Below are positions 13,080 through 26,599 of a stretch of DNA of 64,000 nt, piece by piece. The DNA comes from Callorhinchus milii (lineage: Eukaryota), in assembly GCF_018977255.1 (NCBI RefSeq), contig NW_024704742.1, positions 5,706,001 to 5,770,000 on the forward strand. The letters are read 5' to 3'. Each line of letters begins with the position of its first letter. Position 1 is the first letter of the stretch. Under the pieces are notes generated by a model. The model saw only the letters and a list, made by a program, of their open reading frames with translations, made no database searches and was not told where the DNA came from. The position numbers were made by a program, and so were the translations under genes.

Positions 13080-13402
13080 GATAATATAGAGCCTCTTCTC
13101 ATTGTTACATATCTCAAAGCGCATCACAGAATACACTGTAAAGTGAATAGACTGTAAATTTTGTGGGCAAAACACGAACAGTAGTGGATTAAGTGGCCTT
13201 TTTTTTTTAAAAAAAAGGATTATTACCCCCAAAAGGCAATCCATCAATCGACTAACAAATGGGTTCCTTCTTACTGTTGAGTAAACAGAAGCGTGTGGAG
13301 GAAGGAAATTTGCCAAAGGTTTTGCCCTGCCCTGCCCGGGAATCAAACCGTGGTCCCCTCACTTGCGAGGTAAGTGTTCTAACCAATACGCTATAGGATT
13401 CC
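13080..13402 (-). mobile_element. Long-form SINE, diverged
   Basis: Head, central segment and tail are recognisable on the - strand. Confidence 0.85.
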
Positions 13403-14529
13403 AGGGATGAGCAATAAATGAGCCTTTGTCATACCAAAAACTGGTTGAAGCAGAATCTCTAATAGCTTTTAAAGGGAACTAGAAAAAATATTTCACAAAG
13501 AGTTTGGAGAAAGGGACTAAACTGATTGCCCTTCAAAGTCAACACAATGAGCCAAATGCTGTAAATTTTTAAGATTCTACGATCAAACAAGGACAAGCTT
13601 CTGCATGTGGTCAGAGAACTAAAGAGACTTCAGCAGTTTTAAGTTAATATTGCCAGAAAGGGATCAGAAATGTTCTTATGCTAAAGTTTAAACGTTATTA
13701 AAGACATGAAAGATTTCATGACACGATTTGGAAAGAGAAGGGAGTATCTGCCAGTGTCCAAGCCAACAATCCTCCAGATAAATTGGTTATTTACTGGACA
13801 CTGCTCCGCACAAACTGGCTGCCACGTTTGCCTACAAGTACACAGCGACTAGGTTTCAAAGAAATTATAATGTTATAGGTGCAAGGAGTATTATAATAAT
13901 TTCATGGAAGTGCAGGTGAGAAGTATGTTCAATTAAGATTTACAGCAAAGGTAAATCACGCACGTCAGCGTCCCCGGGGTCTGAAGCCGGCATTGTTACA
14001 ACTAACCGCTCAGCAAGCAAGATTATTTTTTTTAAATAAAAATCCTACTTCATCTGCAAACGGGTTTGCAAACGACTTGTAAGCTTGGATTGCTAAAAAC
14101 AAATTCTAGTGTGTATGATGGTTATTGTTCTCAAACAGCAACACTTTCTCTTTTGTATGGCAGCAAACACCAACCACGGGCCGGTTAGGAAATGGCAGCC
14201 ACACACTGTATCACGAAGCAACTCTACAATACCATCGGTTACTTCTGTGCCCTTGTACGAAACGGGAACTTCACAATCAGAGATCGACAGACGATTTCGT
14301 TCAATTTCCTACACGATCGGAGAAATTGTATAGCAATGGGGAAATCGCTGTATCCACATGTGACCAGCAGTACAATTTGTTTTAGTTGTAATAGTTTGGG
14401 CTAATGCAGAAAGAGCATTCTTTTAATTTCTAGGTTCTATCTACCACTATACAAATAGACCTCCTCCCAACACAGTAAACCCCCTCCTTCCCTCGACACA
14501 AACATTCTCTGTCAGACTCACGATTATGT

Positions 14530-14706
14530 TTTGGTCACTCAATCCACGACTGTTTGTGGGACACTGCTGTGCGCAATTGGCTGCCGCGTTTCACCCTCAA
14601 GATATACGGTCGATTCACTTTACAGTATATCCTGCGAAGCGTTTTCAGACGTCTCGAAGACCTGATAAGGCGCTATATCAAATGCAAGGGTTATTATTTT
14701 TATTAT
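14530..14706 (+). mobile_element. SINE 3' half
   Basis: Deu core and tail motif. Confidence 0.85.
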
Positions 14707-16084
14707 TAAGCAAACTACTTGAAAATATTGCAACAGGTGGATGAAAATGCTATTTATTTTTAAAATGAAAACGCCATCCCAAAGGCCCTTAAAAACTTTG
14801 GTGAAAAAAATTAAACACAGTCCTTGAACTAGTTTCTAATAATACCCCTTAGCGTGTTCCGCACCGGCAACGACATGGTTTGATTTTAAACTTCTAATCA
14901 TTATCCAAACCAGTCAATTAATAAAAAGACTGTTTTGTGGGTTGTGAGATGCTGCTGTGGTGAAGTATAAACACAAGCCCAAAGTAATGAAATCCTGTGT
15001 TTAAATCCCTGTGACAAGTCTTCAGGCAAAAATAGGCATCATCACATAGTAGCCCATCTCACTCAGTCTGTGGGATAACTGTGGCTCACAATAAAGAACA
15101 AAGCCTCACTCAAACGAAGGCAGAGTGAGTGACTCTTTCGCAATTCACCACACTTTTGCCCGCGAATATTACCCGATTTATAGCAGGAAGGAGCAGTCAA
15201 ATTAACACTGTTTTGCTCCATTTGTTGCTTTCCGAAAAAAAAATGTGCCAAGTCCAAAAGCCAATTTAAAAGCCTGTGTTTTTGATGTGTTTCCAAATGT
15301 CGAGAGGTGCTCGCCCAACCTCTGGCTGTGCTATAAACTGGAGGCTATAAACAAAAAGTGCCGGCCAAGAAATATGTTCACCGGCCCAACTATCCCAAGC
15401 TTCCCTCCTTACTGTCATTGAGGTATTTTTAAACCACTGATTACGAGGATCACTGCACCAAATTACACGTTTAAAACCTTGAGAACTGCGTGTTGCATAC
15501 ATTTTGATATTTTCTTCCTCCGCCCTGCCCTCTCCTTTAGATGCCAACAGTTTCACATGTGTATGGCAATAGAACTGAAGCGAGTTTGATAACGAGGACA
15601 ACCGTACTTGTACTTTTAAGACGTAGAGGCTCACACAACGGCACTGTCCTTGGCTCCAGTGTTCTCCCTTCAACGTAAAGAGCAGAAGAGTTCATTCAGT
15701 AAATAGTTCCTACAAGCTGGAAAGCAATCTTTTCAACTCTGCAGGGTTATAAAATTAAAATGTGGCCCAGTTGCATTTCCACATTCAGGTACTTGGACGC
15801 TAGACTCAGTAAGTAATTATAGAAATAGATTTATATTGCTCGAAATACACAAACACCACCACCTTCATTCAAAGAGGATTTGTGTCAGAATAGAGCCTTC
15901 CCAAATAAATAGTCATGGCTCCCAGGGCTAACCTGAAGAATGTTGATCCTGATCTTGTCTGCGGAGCCGTTTCCCACACAAATTTCACCTGGAACAAGAT
16001 CCCTTGCACCAGACATCCCCAATAAGAACTAAAGCGTACATTAATACTTCCATAAAACAGAATATTTTCTACCCCCTCCTCGCT

Positions 16085-16206
16085 CCCTCCCTTCCCTCCC
16101 GCTGACCATTTCCGCCCCAATGCTCGGGTCCCGACCCAACTGTCCAGCGCCTCGGGACGTCCTCCCGACGTGAGAGGCGCTCTCTAAATGAAATCTTGTT
16201 GTTGTA
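16085..16206 (+). mobile_element. L2 3' end
   Basis: ctgtccagcgcctcgggacgtcctcccgacgtgagaggcgct ... (GTT)n. Confidence 0.8.
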
Positions 16207-16499
16207 TTGTCTAACGCTAGGATTGAGCGCATGTGTAATTTATGCAGCAATAAAGAGCTACAGATTCAGAGTTTATCATGGCCTCATCCGAACCCGAGTG
16301 ATTTGTACGAACCTACATCTAGCAAATGGGTTTGAATTCTTGACTCCCTCACATGAAGGAAGGAATGCTTCACTTGGTGAACGCCTAGCCTGTCGCAGCA
16401 GCAACTATTTGCAAGACGGAACCAGAGTATGACCGCGACACTTCACGGGGGAGAGGACGATTATAAAGGCACCGTATCAACTGGAAGGACTTTCAGACT

Positions 16500-17220
16500 T
16501 GAACTCATGCCGAGGAGCTGGGTATCGGAGACCACAGAAACCGACAGACAGCCTTGCCCGCCCGCCCGCGCTGAAATTGTCGCACGCCGGCTGTTATGGG
16601 AAATGACGGTATCAGAAACCTCGGGGCTACACCCGAACGCAAGAGACGACTTTAATTCAGAATACTGTTACCGCAAGTCGATTCTGGTTCTTGCAATCGC
16701 GTTGCCACCCACGGCTCCGCCACTCGGCAGGTCGTAGCGCGCAAAGCACAAGCCGGGCGCTAAATAGAGAGCAGGTGGCAGAATGGAAGGCTCGGACCCG
16801 TAAACACGGACCTAAGCGCTGCTACCGACATTTCTTCGGACATGTACAGTAGGGGCCGCGAAAGCTATAAGCTATAAGCAAGCGCTCGGCAGAACAACAC
16901 CACGCAACACACGGCCCGCGCTCGCCGCGCACTACACTCGCCGCGCACTACACCCCCCCCCCCCGCCCCCCCCCCCCCCCCCCCCCCCCCCCCCGCGCAA
17001 GACACACACGCTGCTCACCACACACCACGCACCGCGTTCGCCAGGCGCTCGCCACGCAATACGCGGCCCACGCGCTCGCCACGCAATACACGGCCCACGC
17101 GCTCGCCACGCAATACACACCCTCCACGCAATACACACCCTCCACGCAATACACACCCTCCACGCAATACACACCCTCCACGCAATACACACCGCGCTCC
17201 CCACGCGCAACTGACTCCTT
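16500..17220. promoter_or_regulatory. CpG-rich segment (downstream shore of the - strand gene's CpG island)
   Basis: Dense CpG (e.g. cccgcccgcgc, cggcccgcgctcgccgcgc) compared with the flanks; poly-C run at ~16952-16994. Confidence 0.6.
17043..17192. repeat. Minisatellite: 27-bp units changing into 18-bp CCACGCAATACACACCCT units
   Basis: Direct tandem repeats visible in the sequence. Confidence 0.9.
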
Positions 17221-17329
17221 GCACTCTCTCTCTCTCTCTCTCTCTCTCAGGCTCTTCCACCACATTGTTCAGGGCTCACACTCACTTGTAAACACACTAT
17301 TATGATCACTGCCCAACCTCGGGCCACAC

Positions 17330-18125
17330 TCTCCCCTCCCTCTCTCCTCTCCCCTCAATCCCTCCCTCCCTCCCCCCTCACTCTCACTCCCTCCCTCCCT
17401 CCCCCTCACTCTCTCCCTCCCTCCCCCTCACTCTCTCCCTCCCTCCCCCTCACTCTCTCCCTCCCTCCCCCTCACTCTCTCTCCCTCCCTCCCCCTCACT
17501 CTCTCCCTCCCTCCCCCTCACTCTCTCTCTCCCCTCACTCTCACTCCCTCCCTCCCCCTCACTCTCTCCCTCCCCCTCACTCTCTCTCTCTCCCCCTCAC
17601 TCTCTCTCTCCCCTCACTCTCTCTCTCCCCCTCACTCTCTCTCTCCCTCTCCCCCCTCTCCCTCCCTCCCTCCCCCCCCTCGCCCCTCACTTTCTCCCCC
17701 TCACCCCTCACTCTCTCTCCCCCTCGCCCCCCCTCTCCCTTCCTCCCCCTCGCCCCTCACTCACTCTCTCCCTTCCTCCCTAACCCCTCACTCCCTCCCC
17801 CTCGCCCCCTCTCTCCCCCGCGCTCGCCCCCTCTCTCCCCCCTCGCCCCCTCGCTCTCCCCTCGCCCCCTCTCTCTCCCCCCTCGCCCCCTCTCTCTCCC
17901 CCTCGCCCCTCTCTCCCCCCTCACTCCCTCCCCCCTCACTCCCTCCCCCTCGCCCCTCACTCCCTCCCCCTCCCCCTCACTCCCTCCCCCTCCCCCCTCA
18001 CTCCCTCCCCCTCCCCCCTCACTCCCTCCGCGCTCTCCCCCCTCACTCCCTCCGCGCTCTCCCCCCTCACTCCCTCCCCCTCCCCCCTCGCACACTCCCT
18101 CCCTCTCCCCCCTCACTCCCCCCCA
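17330..18125. repeat. C/T-rich low-complexity tract (CCCT/CTCA units)
   Basis: Nearly pure C/T with ctcact units. Confidence 0.95.
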
Positions 18126-18126
18126 C

Positions 18127-18285
18127 CTCGAGGCCCAGAGCAGCCAAACACACACACACACAAAATGGAGAGAGAGAGAGAGACCGAGGGCCTGAGCCCC
18201 GCGTGGGGCAGTGCCGGCAATGGCACAGGAGGGCCATGTGGGGAGGGAGCGGCCACCAGGAGAGGCGCGGGGCCCCTCCTGCCCT
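18127..18285 (-). promoter_or_regulatory. Unique GC-rich island within repeat tracts; possible alternative exon or regulatory element
   Basis: On the - strand: a (CT)n run, CCATTTTG (YY1-like core), and a possible donor GAG|GTGGGG at 18127/18126. Confidence 0.35.
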
Positions 18286-19840
18286 CCCTCACACACTCAC
18301 TCACTCCCTCACACTCACTCACACTCACTCCCTCACACCTCCCCTCCCTCACACACTCCCTCACACTCACTCCCCTCCCCTCCCTCACACACTCACTCAC
18401 TCACTCCCTCACACTCACTCCTCCCCTCACACTCACTCCCCTCCCCTCCCTCACACACTCACTCACACACTCCCTCACACTCACTCCTCCCCTCACACTC
18501 ACTCCCCTCCCCTCCCTCACACACTCACTCACTCACTCCCTCACACTCACTCCTCCCTCACACTCACTCCCCTCCCTCACTCACACACTCACTCACTCAC
18601 TCACACTCACTCCTCCCCTCACACTCACTCCCCTCCCCTCCCTCACACACTCACTCACACACTCACTCACTCCCTCACACCTCCCCTCCCTCACACACTC
18701 ACTCACACTCACTCCTCTCCTCCCCTCACACTCACTCCCTCTCTCCCTCACACACTCACTCTCTTACTCACTCTGTCCCTCTCACTCACTCCTTCCCTCC
18801 TCTCCTCCCCTCACACTCCCTCACTCTCTCCCTCACACACTCCCTCACTCTCTCCCTCACACACTCCCTCACTCTCTCCCTCACACACTCCCTCACTCTC
18901 TCCCTCACACACTCCCTCACTCTCTCCCTCACACACTCACTCACTCTCTCCCTCACACACTCACTCACTCTCTCCCTCACACTCACTCTCTCCTCACACT
19001 CCCTCCCTCTCCTCACACTCCCTCCCTCTCCTCACACTCCCTCCCTCTCCTCACACTCCCTCCCTCTCCTCACACTCCCTCCCTCTCCTCACACTCCCTC
19101 CCTCTCCTCACACTCACTCCCTCTCCTCACACTCACTCCCTCTCCTCACACTCACTCCCTCTCCTCACACTCACTCCCTCTCCTCACACTCACTCCCTCT
19201 CCTCACACTCACTCCCTCTCCTCACACTCACTCCCTCTCCTCACACTCACTCCCTCTCCTCACACTCACTCCCTCTCCTCACACTCACTCCCTCTCCTCA
19301 CACTCACTCCCTCTCCTCACACTCACTCCCTCTCCTCACACTCACTCCCTCTCCTCACACTCACTCCCTCTCCTCACACTCACTCCCTCTCCTCACACTC
19401 ACTCCCTCTCCTCACACTCACTCCCTCTCCTCACACTCCCTCCCTCTCCTCACATTCCCTCCCTCTCCTCACACTCACTCCCTCTCCTCACACTCACTCC
19501 CTCTCCCTCACACTCACTCCCTCTCCCTCACACTCACTCCCTCACACTCCCTCACTCTCTCCCTCACACTCCCTCACACTCTCCCTCACACTCCCTCACT
19601 CTCTCCCTCACACTCCCCCTCACACTCCCTCACACTCCCTCACTCTCTCCCTCACTCTCTCCCTCACACTCCCTCTCTCCCTCACACTCCCTCTCTCCCT
19701 CACACTCACTCCCTCACACTCACTCTCTCCCTCACACTCCCTCTCTCCCTCACACTCCCTCTCTCCCTCACACTCACTCCCTCTCTCCCTCACACTCACT
19801 CTCTCCCTCCTCTCCTCACTCCCTCCCCTCCCCCTCACTC
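18286..19840. repeat. CTCACACT/CCCT low-complexity array including an 18-bp tandem unit (CTCCTCACACTCACTCCC-like)
   Basis: Homogeneous 18-bp repeats at ~19090-19500 with degenerate flanks. Confidence 0.95.
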
Positions 19841-19842
19841 AC

Positions 19843-20125
19843 CGGGAGCTGTGGCCGCTGTTCGGGTACAGGCGGTCCCGGTGCCGCGGGCGGTGTGAGC
19901 GGGAGTCCGCGGTCAGTGACTGACCGACGGCGGCGGCGTTCCTCTGAGAGCCGCTTCCACACCGCCTCCTCCTCCCCCCGAGCCCCGAGCAGCGGGTGTG
20001 TGAGTGTGACAGTGTGACAGTGTGTGTGTGTGACTGTGTGTGACAGTGTGTGTGTGTGTGTGTGTGTCACTGAGCCCCGGGGGGGGTCGGGGCGGCCATG
20101 TTACTCTGTGACTGAGAGGAGGACT
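19843..20125 (-). other. Putative first exon of an unidentified gene divergent from MFHAS1 (coding or 5' UTR)
   Basis: GC-rich unique island between repeat tracts. Strong donor CCG|GTGAGT at 19843/19842. ATG in strong Kozak context (aacATGG) at 20099. The frame ...GEEEAVWKRLSEERRRRRS...PEQRPQLP reaches the donor in phase 0. Confidence 0.7.
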
Positions 20126-20180
20126 GAGAGGAAGCGGCGACCGCACACTTTATACACACCGACAGCCCGGGGGGCGGGGC
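20109..20180 (-). promoter_or_regulatory. Core promoter: GC box, TATA box, Inr
   Basis: GGGGCGGGGC at ~20171-20180. TATAAAG on the - strand at 20154-20148. Inr-consensus TCAGTCC with its A at 20125, placing the TATA at -29. A second TCAGTCA has its A at 20113. ETS-like CTTCC at 20134-20130. Confidence 0.65.
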
Positions 20181-20197
20181 CACAGCTCGCCCCTCCC

Positions 20198-20198
20198 A

Positions 20199-20249
<51 letters not shown>

Positions 20250-20528
20250 ACACATACACACACACACACACACCCCCACACACATACACACATACACACA
20301 CACACACACACACATACACACACCAACACACACACACACATACATACACACACACATACACACATACATACACATACACACACCAACACACACACACACA
20401 TACACACACACACACATACACACATACATACACATACACACACCAACACACACACACACATACATACACACACACACACACACACATACATACACACACC
20501 AACACACACACCCCCCCCCACACACACA

Positions 20529-20559
<31 letters not shown>

Positions 20560-23500
20560 CTACACACACCAACACATACACACACATACACCTACACACA
20601 CACACATACACACACACCAACACACACACACACATACATACACACACACCAACACACACACACACATACATACACACACATACACCTACACACACACACA
20701 TACACACACACCAACACACACACACACATACATACACACACACCAACACACACACACACATACATACACACACATACACCTACACACACACACACACATA
20801 CACACACACACACCCCCACACACCAACACACACACACCCCACATACACATACACCAACACACACACACACACACCAACACACATACACCAACACACACAT
20901 ACACACACACACATACACCCACACACACACATACATACACACATACACACCCACACACACATACACCAACACACACACACACACACACACACATACATAC
21001 ACACATACACACCCACACACACACACACACACATACATACACACACACCCACACACACACATACACCTACACACACCAACACACACACACACATACATAC
21101 ACCCACACACACACATACACCCACACACACCAACACACACATACACATACACACATACATACACACACATACACCTACACACCAACACACACACCCCCCA
21201 CACACATACACACACACACACATACATACATACACATACACACACACACATACATACATACACATACACACACACACATACACCCACACACATACACACA
21301 CACACCCCCCACACACATACACACACACACACATACATACATACACATACACACACACACATACATACATACACATACACACACACACATACACCCACAC
21401 ACATACACACACACACCCCTCACACACATACACACACACCCCCCACACACATACACACACACACCCCCCACACACATATACACACACACACACACATACA
21501 CCTACACACACCAACACACACACACACATACATACACACACATACACCTACACACACACACACACCCACACATACACCCACACACACACATACATACACA
21601 CACACACACACTAACACACCAACACACACCCCCCCCCCACACACACACACACCAACACACCCCACACACACACCAACACCCACACACACACACCCCACAT
21701 ACACATACACCCACACACACCAACACACACACACACACCCACATACACCAACACACCCCACACACACACACACACCAACACACACACCCCCCACCCACAC
21801 CAACACACACCAACACACCCCACACACACACACACCAACACACCCCCCCCACACACACACACACACACCAACACACTAACACACACACACCCCACATACA
21901 CATACACCCACACCCACACACACACATACACACCCACACACACACACATACACACCCACACACACACACCAACATACACACACACACACACACACCAACA
22001 CACACACACACACCCCACATACACATACACCCACACACACCAACACACACACACACATATATACACACACACACCCCACACACATACATACACACTCATA
22101 CACACACCCCCACACACACACATACACACACCCACACATACACCAACACACACACCCCACACACCCACACACACATACACACCCACACACACACATACAC
22201 ACATACACACCAACACACACATACACCCACCCACACACACACCAACACACACACATACACACCCACACACACCAACACACACACACACCAACACACACAC
22301 ACACACATACACATACATACACACACACACACCAACACACACACCCCCACACACACAACCACACATCCCCCACACACACAGCAACACACACACACATACA
22401 CACACACACACCAACACACACATACACACCCACACACACACACCAACACACACACACACCAACACACACACACACCAACACATCCCCCACACACACACCA
22501 ACACACACACCCCCACACCCCACACCCCCCACCCACACCAACACACACCAACACACCCCCCCCACACACACACACCAACACACCCCACACACACCAACAC
22601 ACACACACACCAACACACCCCACACCCCCCCACACCAACACACACACACACACACAGCGCACCCCACATACACACCAACACACACACACACACCCCAACA
22701 CACACACACCAACACCCCCCCCCCACACACACACCAACACACCAACACACACACCAACACACACACCCCCACACACACACCAACACCCCCCCACATCCCC
22801 CCCCACACACACACCAACACACACACACCCCCAACACACACCTCCACCCCCACACACACCAACACACACACCCCCACTACACACACCTCCACCCCCACAC
22901 ACCAACACTAACACACATACCACCCACCCTCCCCACCCAACACCAACACTAACACACACCCCCACCCCCCCAACACCAACACTGACACACACCCCCACCC
23001 CCCCAACACCAACACTGACACACACACACCCTCCCCCCAACACCAATACACACACCCCCACCCCCTTCCCCCCAACACCAATACACACACCCCCACCCCC
23101 TTCCCCCCAACACCAATACATACACCCACACCCCCTTCCCCCCAACACCAACACACACACCCCCTCCCCCCCAACACCAACACACACACCCCCTCCCCCC
23201 CAACACCAACACACACACACCCACCACACACACCTCCACCCCAACACCCCCCACCAAAATCAACACACCCTCCCCCCCCACACCAACACACCACCCCCCC
23301 ACCCCCAACACCCCCCCACCAACACTAACACACTCTCCCCTCCAACACCAACACATGTCCCCACTCCCCCCAACACCAACACACATCCCCCATCTCCCCA
23401 ACACCCCCCCCATACCAACACCCACCCCCCAACACTAACACACCCACTAACACACACCCCCACCGCCCCCAACATCAACACCAACACACCCCCCCACCAC

Positions 23501-23995
23501 CAACACTAACACACACCCCACAGCCCCAACACCAATACCCCCCCACCCGCAACACCCTCCACCCCCAACACCAGCACACCCCCAACACCCTCCACCCCCA
23601 ACACCCTCCACCCCCAACACCCTCCACCCCCAACACCAGCACACCCCCAACACCCTCCATCCCCAACACCCTCCACCCCCAACACCCTCCACCCCCAACA
23701 CCAGCACACCCCCAACACCCTCCATCCCCAACACCAGCACACCCCCACCACCAACACTAACACACACCCCACAGCCCCAACACCAATACCCCCTCACCCG
23801 CAACACCCTCCACCCCCAACACCCTCCACCCTCAACACTCTCCACCCCCAACACCAGCACACCCCCAACACCAACACTAACACACACCCCACAGCCCTAA
23901 CACCAATACCCCCCCACCCGCACACCCCCACCCTCCAACACGAACACACCCCCAACACTAACACCAACACATCCCACAACACTAACACACACCCC
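20198..23995. repeat. ~3.8 kb degenerate (CA)n array grading into CCA/CCC-rich units (CCAACACCCTCCACC-like)
   Basis: CACA with CATA and CCAA interruptions; C content rises toward 23995. Confidence 0.97.
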
Positions 23996-24029
23996 GGCAT
24001 TGAGGAGGCACTTCAACTGCCACCCGCTC

Positions 24030-24730
24030 ACTGGTTCATTCACTCACACACACTGCTCATTTACACACACACTGCTCATTTACACACACACTGCTCATTC
24101 ACACACACACACACACTGCTCATTCACACACACACTCTGCTCATTCACACATACTGCTCATTCACACACACACACACTGCTCATTCACACACACACACAA
24201 ACTGCTCATTCACACACAAACTGCTCATTCACACACACACACAAACTGCTCATTCACACACACACTGCTCATTTACACACACACACACTGCTCATTCACA
24301 CACACACACTGCTCATTCACACACACACACACACACACTGCTCATTTACACACACACACTCTGCTCATTTACACACACACACTCTGCTCATTCACACACA
24401 CACACTGCTCATTCACACACACACATACTACTCATTCACACACGCACTCTGCTCATTCACACACACTGCTCATTCACACACACTCTGCTCATTCACACAC
24501 ACACTCTGCTCATTCACACACACACACATTGCTCATTTACACACACACACACTGCTCATTTACACACACACACTGCTCATTCACACATAAACTGCTCATT
24601 CACACACACCCACTACTCCTTCACACACACACGCACTCTGCTCCTTCACACACACAGCTCATTTACACACACTGCTCATACACACACACTCTGCTCACAC
24701 ACATTGCGCACTCTGCTCACTCACTCACAC
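24030..24730. repeat. Satellite of CTGCTCATT(C/T)A(CA)n units
   Basis: The ctgctcatt core recurs many times, separated by variable CA runs. Confidence 0.95.
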
Positions 24731-24829
24731 ACATGGCAGAGCAAATGCCTCCAACAACAACACACTCAGAGCACCTCCACTGTACGCAGACACACAGCCT
24801 CCTCTCACGCACAGTACACACCATGTGCA

Positions 24830-25040
24830 TTGGGGTAACTGCTGAAGTCTAACCAGCTGAAACCGCACAGCTTGTCATTGATATCACTGTCAGGCAAGCT
24901 TTCCCGCTGCTTGTCCAGCTAGGACCACCCACCCCTGTTAGGGCTTTGGCCTGCAGGGTTAACAGGAGCTGAGTGGGATGATTCCCTGCCCCCAGTGACT
25001 GGTCTGCCCTTCCAGGTCCCGTCGATGAGCCAGGAACCTC
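24830..25040 (-). mobile_element. Internal piece of the non-LTR 3' UTR family
   Basis: Aligns with ~7960-8160 (gcaagctttcccgctgcttgtccagctaggacca is shared). Confidence 0.8.
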
Positions 25041-26145
25041 AGTGCACGGCAGCAGAGAGTTAACCTCAGCATCCAGCAAGTCACCAACACCAGCCCTGCA
25101 TTGCTAACGGGTGTGTGCGGGAAAGTCACGCATTGCTTTTAAGCACCTAATCAGCAATCCAAAAGGGGAAGAAAGCTGGTTTGTTTATATTATACAGAGA
25201 GTTTACCTGTGACAAGAGATAAAATAGCCGAGAATCGATAACAGAATATGGATTCAGCAGCATGAAGCCTTTCGAGTATATTGCTTCCGCAAACTCTGCC
25301 CTCTCCCTCTACACCCTGTCGTTTATCATGGTCTTTCATAGTGCTTTTAGTCTGCAATATGTATATTTGCAGTGAGAAATCTGATTTATACCGACTGGTC
25401 TGGCTCGCTCTTGTTTTGGACGGGGGTAGTGACTCTACACACGAGCAAGAAGGGCACAGAAGCTCGGTGGCACACTGGTTAACTGTGTAATGCAATCAAA
25501 AAACCAGGAGTATACTCTTTATTTCATAATTTTCTTTTGGAGAAAAAGCACTAAGCGTGAAACCCAATAACCTTTGAACATAAGATTTTAAGTTTAAAAT
25601 GTTATTTGCAATCAGAAGCGGTCAAACTCCAATCGCATTTGATGGTGAAGCTCGCAGCATTCTTGCAGGATGAGTCCGAAGAGAACGGCTGTGATATCAA
25701 TATATATATATGAGCATTAATCTGAGAGATGAATAAACACAGGCAAAACTAAGAAGTTAAAGTTCTGTGTAATGTCTCTTTGGCCTGAGGTAATCGATAA
25801 CGCTCTAGGATGTCAATTTAACATTTGCAACCCACGTTATTGAACTCTGTCTGACCAGTTGACATTTAGATGGGCGTAGGAGCATCATGTTCTGTTAAAA
25901 AAAAATCCGATCATTTAAGGCTGTACTTATCCTTACATAATCTTCAATCCTGATCCCATCTAAATAGATTTCCCTCTAATCTTCACATTTAAATTTATTT
26001 CCTTCAGTAAGCTCGGCCTTAATCACCTGGGGTTATTGCCTCTTCGGATGAAAATATACAGTGCTGTAAAGCAAAATACAGCAATAACTGGAAAGATAAC
26101 TAATCTAAATCTTCTTGGACCAAGGTTGTACCATCTTTTAAAACG

Positions 26146-26445
26146 TTGGAATCCTGTAGCTTAGTGGTTAGAGGACTCGCCTCGCAGGCGAGAGGACCTG
26201 GGTTCGATTCCCGGGCAGAGCGAAACGTGTGGTAAGTTTCCTGACCTCTGTTCACCAGCAGTCAGTAGTAAGGTAGTCGATCTGCAGATCACTTTTCCGA
26301 GAGTAATAACTGCTGTGTGCAATTGGCTGCTGCGTTTCGTCCACAAAATTTACAGTCAATTCACTTCACAGTATATTCCGTGTAGCGCTTTGAGAAGTCT
26401 GGAAGACATGGTAAGGCCCTATATCAAATGCAAGGATTATTATTA
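26146..26445 (+). mobile_element. Long-form SINE with an internal deletion
   Basis: ggaatcctgtagcttagtggttagagg, B box GGTTCGATTCC, tail. Confidence 0.88.
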
Positions 26446-26599
26446 ATATTCCCTCCCATGTAGTGCTTTCCATATGCAAATTTCCTGTCTCAATATTTTC
26501 TTGAAGAATGAGGAATTATTTCCCTCCTAAAAGTCATCATGAGCCTGCCAATGGAAGCCTTGCCTTTCACCCCATCCCAATTTCCTCAGGCTTGAGTTT

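Noticed and set aside
19843..20125. Naming the - strand gene ERI1
   Set aside because: Only human synteny suggests it; I could not find the conserved FSDPVYKEIA or exonuclease exons in the window.
17302..24590. Very long ORFs (up to 1161 aa) rich in H/T/P/S/L or V/C
   Set aside because: Translations of CA/CT repeats that cannot form stop codons.
24030..24730. Repeat-spacer-like array
   Set aside because: Spacers are only CA runs; a eukaryotic satellite, not CRISPR.
25190..25495. 101-aa - strand ORF ending near CAG|GTAAAC
   Set aside because: No recognisable homology or clear acceptor; lies upstream of the identified promoter.
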